DNA from: Octopus bimaculoides
Lineage: Eukaryota
Direction of reading: 5' to 3'
Length of the DNA: 51,213 nt
NCBI RefSeq assembly: GCF_001194135.2
Contig: NC_069007.1
Span: 3,882,269 to 3,933,481 of the forward strand
A program made the translations under genes and the position numbers. Below, piece by piece: positions 47,901 through 51,213 of this stretch. The stretch's first letter is position 1, and the number at the start of each line of letters is the position of its first letter. The notes under the pieces are model-generated. The model was not told where the DNA came from. It made no database searches and saw nothing but the letters and a program-made list of their open reading frames with translations.

Positions 47901-50698
47901 GTGGGGCCTGCCCCCTTCTGTTGCTCTCTGTTCGCACAGCAGCAGCTCCTCGAGTATTGCCATCCGATTACGAACAGGGGACATCCGTATTGTGGTCATA
48001 AATAGATTACTGCCTACGATGTTCTAGGAAAATGCACAGAAACAAACAGATCGTCATCATCATCATCATCATCACTGTTGTCGTCATCGTTTTTGTTATT
48101 ATCAGCCTCACCATTTCCACTTCCAACATCAGACCCAACATCTCAAAATCACACTTCCCCACATCATCCCATGACTTCCTGGGTCTACCTCTTCTACAGG
48201 TTCCCTCCACAGTTAAAGATCAGCACTTCTTCATCATGCAGCCCTCCTCATCCCTACGCATCACGTGACCATTGTCTTTCCTCTTGTACACAACGTTTGA
48301 TGCCTCTTTGATGCCCAATTTTTCTCTCAAGCCACTTACACTCTGTCGTTCATGTATCTTTCATATCTGTGTATGTGTGTGTGTCTATGTTTGTGCCCCC
48401 AACATCACTTGACAACCAATGTTGGTGTGTTTACGTCCCCATAACTTAGCGGTTTGGCAAAAGCGACCGATAGAATAAGTACTAGGCTTCCAAAGAATAA
48501 GTCCTGGGGTCGAGTTGCTCGACTTAAGGGGGTGCTCCAGCATGGCCACAGTCAAAAGAATGAAACAAGTAAAGAGTAATAATACTAATAATAATAGTTT
48601 ATCAACACTAGCATTATTTCATTAATAATAGCTCTGTTGATCTAATATTGGTCAAAATTGAGATCAGGAAGTTTTACCTGTACATAATCTGTCTTCCCAA
48701 TTCCGGCTGATCCTGAAATGAGGACGGGTCTGCGGATATTCAACATGAGATCAATCACAAATGAGTAACGGTCAATCTGGATGAAGAAACAAAGAAACAA
48801 AGAAACAATATAAGCGACACAAATAAATACAACAAACAAACAAACAAAAAGCAAGAAATAAAAGTAAAGTAACTTAAATCCAGTTTATACAGTTGACATG
48901 GTTCCAGACACACACACGATGGGCTTCTTTCAGTTTCCACCTACCAAATCCACTCACAAGGCTTTGGTCAGCCCAAGGCTGTGGTAGAAGACACTTGCCC
49001 AAGGTGCCACGCAGTGAGACTGAACCCAGAACCATGTGGTTGGTAAGCAAGCTTCTAACCCCACAGCCACACCTGCACCTATGATGTTGATATTTAAAAA
49101 CTATTTCAGTCATTTGACTGCGGCCATGCTGGAGCACCACCTTGAGGGATTTTTGCTGAACAAATCGACCCCAGGACTTATTTTTTTTTAAGCTTAGTAT
49201 TTATTATATGGGTCTCTTTTGCCGAACCATGAAGTTACAGGGATGTAAACACACCGACACTGGTTGTCAAGCAGTGATGAGGGTACAAACACACACACAT
49301 ATACAAAGGGCTTCTTACAGTTTCCATCTACCAAATTCACTCGCAAGGCTTTGGTCGACCTGAAGCTATTGTAGAAGACATTTGCCGAAGGTGCCACACA
49401 GTGGACTGAACTTGGAACCCTGTGGTTGGGAAGCAAACTTTTTACCACACAGCCACACCTGCGCCTTCAGAGCCACACCTGCGCCTTCAGAGCCACATCT
49501 CCCCCCACCACACACACACACAGTATGCATACATTAAGTGTGATGCATTTTACGGAAGCTGAATTTTCCCAAATTTACTCTGAACAAAGAAATAGGAAGA
49601 TAAAGTCTGTGCCTCACCCCAAGGAGAGAGGGTTGAATACATTCAATGCTTTTGATATCAGAAATACCCACATTAGGGTCAAATGTGGGGATAATGCATC
49701 CCCATCATAATATTTGGTTCTTTGCAGGGATGGTCGTGTGGGTAAGAAGTCTACTTTTCAGCCAAATGGTTTTCAGTTCAGTCCCATTCCATGGAACCTT
49801 GGACAAAGGTTTTCTCGTATAGCCTTTGGGGGTGATAAAATTATAAAGAGCTGACTATACCCTAGAACAATGGTTCCCAGTCTTTTCTGTTAACATGAAG
49901 TTTCTTGTGGATCTCAGGGTTTGGGGTTCAAATCTTGCTTAGGTCACATTTGCATTTCAATGTTCTGGGGTTGATAAAATAATTAATAGGGGCTGATAGA
50001 CTTGTCTATTCCACTGAACAGTTGTTCCCAATCCTTTTGCTCCCAAGGAGTATCTTTATTAAATTCATTTTTTTCCCTTGGACCTCATGGTTTCAAGTTC
50101 AAATTTTACATTGGTCAAATTTGTATCTTATTCTCCTGGGGTTGATGAAATAATTACTAAGAGTTGACATACTTGACTATACCCTAAAATAACCTTTTCA
50201 ATTCTCAAAGACTCCTTTTTATGTTAATTAATTTTCTCACAGAGCCAAGCAAAAGCTTAGGTCCATAGGGAGGTCTTCTTTATTCAAAAGAATTCCGAAT
50301 TCAGCTCAAAGAGCACCGATACTTTCTTTGCAGAATTCCAAGAGTCTTTAGACCCCAGATTGAGAACCACTGCTGCCCAAGAAGATACAGTCCAGCACGG
50401 CAATAGTCCAATAAATGACAAATCAGAGGATGCACAAAATGATGACATGATGACAATGATGACGATCATGCTAAACTGAAATAACCGAACCAAGTGCAAT
50501 ATACTCACCTCTGGTACCATGATGTATGCAGACGATGGCTTTCTGAACTTTACAGACGACTGGTCACTCCAACTGCAGAACATACCATTGGAATCGCTGA
50601 CCCAATAATCAAAGACACTACCATCACTTGGAAATGATACTGGATATGTAGTGATGCTAAGCAGATCTCGGACGTGACTGCTAAATCTTTCATCATCT
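1843..50698 (-). CDS. DNHD1: Divergent dynein heavy chain (DNHD1-like), partial multi-exon gene spanning the window (34 traced exons; extends beyond both ends)
   Basis: Spliced translation shows dynein motor hallmarks in the correct order: SVFDYW, PVLISGSAGIGKT (AAA3 Walker A), LLFIDDL, QPTLELLRQ, PTPEHPYYLFTLHD, RLWIHESSRTLADRI, YNE..LVPFNEA, IRNNLH, stalk with EVKSYRQPP, GDGMLAAASVSYFGAF, WPLLVDPDRQA, FQRAILWKFCCPER. Dynein family is secure. The DNHD1 assignment is inferred from strong divergence, the dead AAA4 loop and an acidic insert after the RLW motif. Confidence 0.65.
2102..2320. mobile_element. Mariner-derived MITE copy
   Basis: Homologous to 31170-31382, with inverted ends. Confidence 0.7.
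2630..2945. mobile_element. SINE family B, rearranged (5' half on -, 3' half on +)
   Basis: 2630-2733 is the reverse complement of the head; 2740-2945 matches the tail directly. Confidence 0.7.
3109..3207 (-). CDS. Dynein HC exon 33
   Basis: tag/gtaagt; NPSVLVNQVPEENLKHLTVFQRAILWKFCCPER; phase 0-0. Confidence 0.9.
3525..3950. mobile_element. Two SINE family C copies tail-to-tail around (AAT)n
   Basis: gagctggcagaatcgttagcacgccgggc...gagttcaaattccgccgagg head on + (3525-3735) and on - (3745-3950); other copies at 6065, 7755, 12146, 18235, 24390, 32785, 33420, 35745. Confidence 0.8.
4440..5040. repeat. Low-complexity (GGT/CCA/GAT) trinucleotide mosaic
   Basis: Imperfect triplet repeats on both strands producing spurious T/V/M/H-rich ORFs. 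Confidence 0.8.
6322..6897. mobile_element. hAT (Charlie-like) MITE with nested SINE
   Basis: TIR CAGTGCTTCTCAAA / TTTGAGTAGCACTG; 8-bp TSD gtctattt / gtctactt. Confidence 0.8.
6494..6774 (-). mobile_element. tRNA-derived SINE family A nested in the hAT MITE
   Basis: 12-bp TSD acaatattgcat (6482-6493 / 6775-6786); homologous to 15411-15779. Confidence 0.85.
6913..6942. repeat. Perfect 30-bp palindrome
   Basis: cattttacccagagc|gctctgggtaaaatg. Confidence 0.9.
7575..7682 (-). CDS. Dynein HC exon 32
   Basis: cag/gtaagt; GWLKCFLLEKSIDAFSNLLEYLTTDQADKKWPEYFK; phase 0-0. Confidence 0.9.
7918..8000. repeat. (ATT)n microsatellite
   Basis: About 27 perfect units; similar tracts at 4125-4190, 12100-12145, 24655-24720. 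Confidence 0.95.
8403..8662 (-). CDS. Dynein HC exon 31
   Basis: cag/gtgggt; FSAQEMKLRANEL...LTRMMFEQHLQLF...PDKPGWISKE; phase 1-0. Confidence 0.9.
8930..9210 (-). mobile_element. RTE-clade LINE reverse transcriptase C-terminal remnant
   Basis: LRWYGHVMH...GRGRPRKTWDDVVKCD motif; second copy at 48095-48330 (RRGRPRKSWDDV). Confidence 0.75.
9372..9623 (+). mobile_element. Mariner transposase 3' remnant with terminal repeat
   Basis: SNDEEVKTVVKKWLKGQSTEFYGAGIHSLIRRWNIAIERNGDYVEK* (9372-9512), then ttactttttgactcaccctcgta. Confidence 0.85.
9739..10039 (-). CDS. Dynein HC exon 30 (AAA5 / buttress)
   Basis: cag/gtacgg; ALFREK...LIEDKDILESLL...YAPMVIKAATIY...YYISFDMFLKIF; phase 0-1. Confidence 0.9.
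10381..10429 (-). ncRNA. Decayed hammerhead motif
   Basis: UUGCAA CUGAGGA U GAGCUA-AA-UAGAUU GAAAC UGAGUCA GUC UCACAA; palindromic ACUGA-G-UCAGU stem III; mismatches in stems I and II. Confidence 0.4.
10555..10953 (+). mobile_element. tRNA-derived SINE family B
   Basis: ggctgtgtggtaagtagcttgcttaccaaccac head, internal (TA)/(TG) tract, tail ...gcatggccgcagtcaaatgactgaaacaagtaaaa; more than 10 full or partial copies in the window. Confidence 0.85.
11856..12085 (-). mobile_element. Non-LTR retrotransposon restriction-like endonuclease (REL) remnant
   Basis: KEMEKLSKYKDLEIEVTRMWNLKTETIPIIVGALG, the typical C-terminal REL motif. Confidence 0.8.
12518..12706 (-). CDS. Dynein HC exon 29 (AAA5)
   Basis: cag/gtaaga; LVVLVTLVESLPLNSFLKLL...CHPNFYLYLILPIPFNIC; phase 1-1. 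Confidence 0.9.
12815..13090 (+). mobile_element. CORE-domain tRNA SINE (old)
   Basis: cttgagcaagacacttc...ccagtctactcaggtgtaaaatgag resembles the MIR/CORE domain; related copies near 13145-13460, 25810-26075 (-), 39810-39930. Confidence 0.6.
14114..14333. mobile_element. piggyBac-like MITE copy
   Basis: ttaatcctttagcattc ... aatgcgaaagggttag; reverse homologue of 33902-34131. Confidence 0.55.
14610..14776 (-). CDS. Dynein HC exon 28 (AAA5)
   Basis: cag/gttggt; TGSSKKRVP...ESFLLLEADDPKLEQKIRNALTY; phase 2-1. Confidence 0.85.
15144..15210 (-). CDS. Dynein HC exon 27 (67 nt, GC donor)
   Basis: cag acceptor; PLSKPSSRTVSPSPSTTSIRS; a phase 1-to-2 exon is required between exons 26 and 28; best phase-2 donor is AG|gcatgt. 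Confidence 0.65.
15411..15779 (+). mobile_element. tRNA-derived SINE family A, near full length
   Basis: Head ggaggcgcaatggcccagtggttagggcag with A/B boxes; further copies at 38965-39296 (+), 20293-20448 (-), 43925-44110 (+). Confidence 0.85.
16053..16860 (-). CDS. Dynein HC exon 26 (end of stalk, AAA5)
   Basis: tag/gtaaga; VIKQKVAEA...WQSEV...FGDGMLAAASVSYFGAF...WPLLVDPDRQAEAWVR...KPKKP; phase 0-1. Confidence 0.95.
18033..18155 (-). CDS. Dynein HC exon 25 (stalk coiled coil 2)
   Basis: aag acceptor, weak gttcat donor; IQERMGELHKISALDKSQLKEDLQAYRAVMKKAKELDGEIQ; phase 0-0. Confidence 0.75.
18616..18886 (-). CDS. Dynein HC exon 24 (microtubule-binding domain / coiled coil 2)
   Basis: cag/gtagga; WEDGQVLLVDSNFINDLVYYERDQI...SLAAVSVLEWLKAIYRY...; phase 2-0. 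Confidence 0.95.
18962..19007 (-). ncRNA. Hammerhead motif, same family, C15.2-to-U mutated
   Basis: GACAC CUGAUGA A GGCUG...CAGCC GAAAU GUU GUGUU; ACGU palindrome lost. Confidence 0.6.
19053..19368 (-). mobile_element. RTE-associated 3' repeat with (ATG)n tail
   Basis: catcatcat-ttaacgtccgctttccatgctagcatgggttgg...; copies at 28625, 33065, 37025, 40175, 41400 (opposite strand), 8730. Confidence 0.7.
19503..19640 (+). mobile_element. LINE reverse transcriptase remnant
   Basis: SLTISVKVID*MSLNRIQ / PVLDSHLRPNQN*FRPGRST, a decayed QxGFRxGRST motif with a frameshift. Confidence 0.65.
19797..19944. repeat. Minisatellite, ~16-bp unit accccatgggacctgt x9
   Basis: Nine ccatgg-centred units directly visible. 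Confidence 0.9.
20035..20180 (-). CDS. Dynein HC exon 23 (stalk / microtubule-binding domain)
   Basis: cag/gtaggt; LNPIFQAAVATLQSINKKAWQEVKSYRQPPEPIKELLRAVCLLF; phase 0-2. Confidence 0.95.
20783..21140 (+). mobile_element. SINE family B copy
   Basis: Homologous to 10555-10953. Confidence 0.85.
21267..21362 (-). CDS. Dynein HC exon 22 (stalk)
   Basis: cag/gtaagg; VNSEMKDCRNTLVDIDKEIIEINRIIDTMFAG; phase 0-0. Confidence 0.85.
21635..21805 (-). CDS. Dynein HC exon 21 (stalk coiled coil 1)
   Basis: cag/gtaagt; KKLLNYGGAVGKVNEAYGRIDSFKMVLNSLVPQY...LRQLYAD; phase 0-0. Confidence 0.9.
21896..22869 (+). mobile_element. Putative solo LTR (or nested promoter/transcription unit), antisense to host gene
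   Basis: TGT...ACA termini, CpG-rich block with E-boxes, CCAAT and TATA, AATAAA at 22780-22785; flanks tata/tatt are not a perfect TSD. Confidence 0.5.
21965..22185 (+). promoter_or_regulatory. CpG-rich Pol II promoter-like cluster
   Basis: ATCACGTGAC 21999-22008, TTCCCGCC 22044-22051, CCAAT 22066-22070, GTCACATGAT 22087-22096, TATAAAT 22135-22141, TCAGTT Inr-like at 22176-22181. Confidence 0.55.
23233..23383. repeat. Fold-back palindrome, ~66-71-bp arms
   Basis: tcacatatagaa...atatcataa / ttatgatat...ttctatatgtga with a few indels and mismatches. Confidence 0.85.
23761..23991 (-). mobile_element. tRNA-headed, hammerhead-tailed SINE-like / Penelope 3' module (copy 2)
   Basis: A-box-like tggcccagtag, B-box-like agtttgagtcc, (AAT)n spacer, hammerhead; homologous to copies at 18920-19502 and 43088-43313. 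Confidence 0.75.
23802..23847 (-). ncRNA. Minimal type I hammerhead ribozyme motif (Penelope-type), intact core
   Basis: GACAC CUGAUGA A GGCUG-gagggUAUAU-CAGCC GAAAC GUU GUGUU: stem I 5 bp, stem II 5 bp, palindromic ACGU stem III, H17=U. Confidence 0.75.
24030..24345 (-). mobile_element. Penelope-like element GIY-YIG endonuclease remnant
   Basis: YFIPFSCGRLYKGE..REHRKAV..KSGIADH..WDEVKIIDREHHWKI*KEAAHML; decayed with an in-frame stop. Confidence 0.8.
24390..24630 (+). mobile_element. SINE family C with internal 32-bp tandem duplication
   Basis: ctggggtcgatgaaataaataccagttatgca recurs at 24500 and 24532, partial at 24564. Confidence 0.8.
24879..25097 (-). CDS. Dynein HC exon 20
   Basis: cag/gtaaga; QLYIKHVTNF...YLHESSQ...LFHKITDEIIEKET; phase 0-0. 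Confidence 0.85.
26138..26289 (-). CDS. Dynein HC exon 19
   Basis: cag/gtaggg; CKKSVNSLHKYFEKYPAFLTSS...QWFEEDNTQ; phase 1-0. Confidence 0.9.
26942..27736 (-). CDS. Dynein HC exon 18 (AAA4 with ~200-aa low-complexity insert)
   Basis: cag/gtaatt; (G)YCRTLYDDL...polyG/DE/N-rich...LDQQIRNNLHMMFILSSK; 795 nt open, phase 1-1. Confidence 0.85.
28106..28150 (+). ncRNA. Minimal hammerhead motif, different family
   Basis: GGACCA CUGAUGA G GUCAC-AGUAGU-GUGAC GAAA GAAC UC UGGCC; CUC triplet; stem I with one mismatch. Confidence 0.55.
29575..29955. repeat. CA-rich minisatellite (cacacacatgtaagca-like units)
   Basis: Repeated catgtaagca cores separated by (CA)n. Confidence 0.85.
30058..30235 (-). CDS. 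Dynein HC exon 17 (AAA4)
   Basis: cag/gtattt; VFTPDLTKC...CLKEAIHYTIVMNRPAVLLITDD...LSIMVD; phase 0-1. Confidence 0.85.
30793..30891 (-). CDS. Dynein HC exon 16 (AAA4, degenerate P-loop)
   Basis: cag/gtgagt; AMDHGHSISIVDSTRTSIQLTLCKFAAFAANMK; phase 0-0. Confidence 0.85.
31170..31382. mobile_element. Mariner-derived MITE
   Basis: tacaagggg..gttcctggcttt / aaagtcaggaac..ctcttgta inverted ends with TA; copies at 2102-2320, 31601-31775, 31860-31970. Confidence 0.7.
32105..32210 (+). mobile_element. REL-type (R2/Hero-like) LINE 3' remnant
   Basis: EATEKGIHYIWLKREDKR resembles the AExxSxWIWxKR terminal motif. Confidence 0.45.
32574..32716 (-). CDS. Dynein HC exon 15 (start of AAA4)
   Basis: tag/gtaagg; YIEGTEDRLMAMLDTIMKKYNENYQPKWNLVPFNEAQQRIACLTRAL; phase 1-0. 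Confidence 0.9.
33624..33708 (-). CDS. Dynein HC exon 14
   Basis: cag/gtgagt; VRGSFKSLRDILFTKYILYLKDEPYLHT; phase 0-1. Confidence 0.8.
33902..34131. mobile_element. piggyBac-like MITE (TTAA-flanked)
   Basis: ttaa-tcctttag ... ctaaaaaggg-ttaa; opposite-orientation copy at 14114-14333. Confidence 0.6.
34205..34275 (-). CDS. Dynein HC exon 13
   Basis: tag/gtgagt; ATSCVTPARKKSVEGEFTISLNE; phase 1-0, bridges the neighbouring phases. Confidence 0.75.
34406..35742 (+). mobile_element. Helentron/DINE-like non-autonomous element (interior in gap)
   Basis: 5' tactagc..cccggctttgcccggg hairpin; 3' aaatttgaatgaaattgg...(GACA)n...ttttatatatatagat. Confidence 0.5.
36147..36188 (-). CDS. Dynein HC exon 12 (42-nt small exon, tentative)
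   Basis: pyrimidine tract + cag, gtaaga donor; AEIPQTQEQPRRS; phase 1-1. Confidence 0.55.
37890..38063 (-). CDS. Dynein HC exon 11 (Ser/Thr-rich insertion)
   Basis: cag/gtaagt; ATPTRGSAHTMASSKTTVRKLGQ...FLLLNVQTP; phase 1-1. Confidence 0.75.
38557..38716 (-). CDS. Dynein HC exon 10 (acidic insertion)
   Basis: cag/gtaaat; DKSFPESSPSSFAYLGTNFGMSQYSHEIDDEKANAPRSDTEDEEEETDSDFHL; phase 0-1. Confidence 0.75.
38965..39296 (+). mobile_element. SINE family A copy
   Basis: High similarity to 15460-15779. Confidence 0.85.
39414..39542 (-). CDS. Dynein HC exon 9 (tentative, insertion region)
   Basis: tag/gtatgc; open 129 nt SHDLQEITAMCPSSPSTSYHLEGKIQFLDMEVFDVYQCHHCFN; phase 0-0, so not required for frame; weak acceptor. 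Confidence 0.45.
39602..39705 (-). CDS. Dynein HC exon 8
   Basis: cag/gtagga; (D)KNWFWDTMEEILKKYVCQTSSKDLLTTPEREHFE; phase 1-0; an alternative phase-0 donor would end the exon at 39659. Confidence 0.75.
40673..40828 (-). CDS. Dynein HC exon 7
   Basis: cag/gtaatg; IICTSQQ...IIRLWIHESSRTLADRILDNN; phase 1-1. Confidence 0.9.
40980..41385 (+). mobile_element. SINE family B copy
   Basis: Homologous to 10555-10953. Confidence 0.8.
41617..41797 (-). CDS. Dynein HC exon 6 (AAA3 lid)
   Basis: aag/gtaagc; CLTQSTIELYTRVKEKLKPTPEHPYYLFTLHDVAHIYNGL...; phase 0-1. Confidence 0.9.
42140..42307. repeat. Long fold-back palindrome, 78-bp arms
   Basis: 42140-42217 is the reverse complement of 42230-42307 with one mismatch; 12-nt loop. 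Confidence 0.9.
43088..43313 (-). mobile_element. tRNA-head/hammerhead element copy 3, 5'-truncated with fold-back end
   Basis: B box gagttcgattc retained; homology stops in the anticodon-like loop and continues as a 12-nt inverted copy. Confidence 0.75.
43129..43174 (-). ncRNA. Minimal type I hammerhead ribozyme motif, intact core (same family as 23802)
   Basis: GACAC CUGACGA A GGCUG...CAGCC GAAAC GUU GUGUU. Confidence 0.75.
43514..43698 (-). CDS. Dynein HC exon 5 (AAA3)
   Basis: cag/gtaact; TGLGHGTHILSQRLGNLFFNITFHTPTTSQLVSIYSQVF...PNLAQ; phase 1-0. Confidence 0.9.
45169..45300 (-). CDS. Dynein HC exon 4 (AAA3)
   Basis: cag/gtaagt; CQPTLELLRQIMNEAEFYDKEQHAQCSVHYLNFIAAITSPTDL; phase 1-1. 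Confidence 0.95.
46131..46221 (-). ncRNA. Hammerhead motif with long stem II
   Basis: GGUUCU CUGACGA U GAAUAUAUGUGGA...UCCACAUAUAUUU U GAAAC AUGU GUA GGAAUU; 13-bp stem II, GUA triplet. Confidence 0.5.
47107..47498 (+). mobile_element. ~390-bp insertion, putative solo LTR with promoter motifs
   Basis: TGTA...TACA ends; flanking CAACT direct repeat (47103-47107 / 47497-47501); the uninterrupted paralogous site is visible near 46770-46790; AATAAA 47377-47382. Confidence 0.55.
47783..48023 (-). CDS. Dynein HC exon 3 (AAA3 Walker B)
   Basis: tag/gtaagt; NIVGSNLFMTTIRMSPV...SHLLFIDDLSLARWEN; phase 0-1. Confidence 0.9.
48095..48330 (-). mobile_element. RTE LINE 3' remnant
   Basis: MEGTCRRGRPRKSWDDVGKCDFEMLGL. 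Confidence 0.7.
48365..48577 (+). mobile_element. SINE family B, 3' half
   Basis: Homologous to 10750-10953. Confidence 0.8.
48678..48776 (-). CDS. Dynein HC exon 2 (AAA3 Walker A)
   Basis: cag/gtaaaa; IDRYSFVIDLMLNIRRPVLISGSAGIGKTDYVQ; 99 nt, phase 0-0. Confidence 0.95.
49095..49470 (-). mobile_element. SINE family B, reverse copy
   Basis: Reverse complement of the family B consensus. Confidence 0.8.
50509..50698 (-). CDS. Dynein HC exon 1 in window (end of AAA2 region)
   Basis: cag acceptor, gtgagt donor; DDERFSSHVRDLLSITTYPVSFPSDGSVFDYWVSDSNGMFCSWSDQ...YIMVPE; ends phase 0. Confidence 0.9.
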
Positions 50699-50911
50699 CT
50701 GTTTGAAATAAAGAATTCTTAGAGAACGAGTGGTTGATAGAAAAATAGGTGCTTATATATAGGAGAGTATTGTAGTTCGCTTGAAGCATTATGTATTGTT
50801 TGTAAAGAATAAAAAGTTTAGAATGGTACAACAATGCACTATAGAACAAAAAATGGACTATATACCTGTTTAACAGTATAAACAGTTTATAGCAGAGACT
50901 CCAGCAAAGAA

Positions 50912-50947
50912 GATCTGAAGAAGGAATTGTAATTCCGAAATATCATC
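50912..50947 (+). ncRNA. Minimal hammerhead motif, different family
   Basis: GAU CUGAAGA A GGAAU-UGUA-AUUCC GAAA UAUC AUC: 5-bp stem II, palindromic AUAU stem III, AUC triplet, 3-bp stem I. Confidence 0.55.
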
Positions 50948-51160
50948 AGACTATAGGTAACCAAATTACAACAGGTATATAGTCCATTTTTTGTTCTATA
51001 GTACATTGTTGTACCGTGCTTATATATATATTTCACCAATGCAAGAGAGGTGTGTGTCCTGTAAAATGGTTTGTTTAGTGAAATCACAACCTGCATTTAT
51101 AACAGGGAGTGTAGATATAAGCAGTGATGTTATTTATTCTGCACAAGAGAGAGATAGAGG

Positions 51161-51161
<1 letters not shown>

Positions 51162-51213
<52 letters not shown>
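51162..51213. repeat. (GT)n microsatellite
   Basis: Perfect run to the window end. Confidence 0.95.

Noticed and set aside
50284-50480. Open frames on both strands beside exon 1
   Set aside because: Lies past a strong donor and contains a hAT-like terminus (cagtggttctcaa on the minus strand); likely transposon debris.

Overview
Eukaryotic, AT- and microsatellite-rich draft-assembly window with many N gaps. The SINE families and repeat landscape suggest a coleoid cephalopod, probably Octopus (inference). The whole window lies inside one large minus-strand gene for a divergent dynein heavy chain, most likely DNHD1-like. I traced 34 exons by hand (about 6.5 kb coding, about 2170 aa). They run from the end of AAA2 through AAA3, AAA4, the stalk and microtubule-binding domain, AAA5 and into AAA6. 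Splice phases are consistent throughout except for one exon apparently lost in an assembly gap, and one junction needs a GC donor. AAA3 keeps its Walker A/B motifs, the AAA4 P-loop is degenerate, and several long low-complexity insertions interrupt the ring. Introns are packed with tRNA-derived SINEs, RTE and REL-type LINE remnants, mariner/hAT/piggyBac-like MITEs, a Helentron-like element and two putative solo LTRs with promoter motifs. The most striking unexplained signal is seven minimal type I hammerhead-ribozyme motifs of the Penelope type, from about five unrelated sequence families. Three belong to one element that fuses a tRNA-like Pol III head to a hammerhead tail; one of these copies directly follows a Penelope GIY-YIG endonuclease remnant. 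All coordinates and folds were derived by eye, and no database search or folding program was run.
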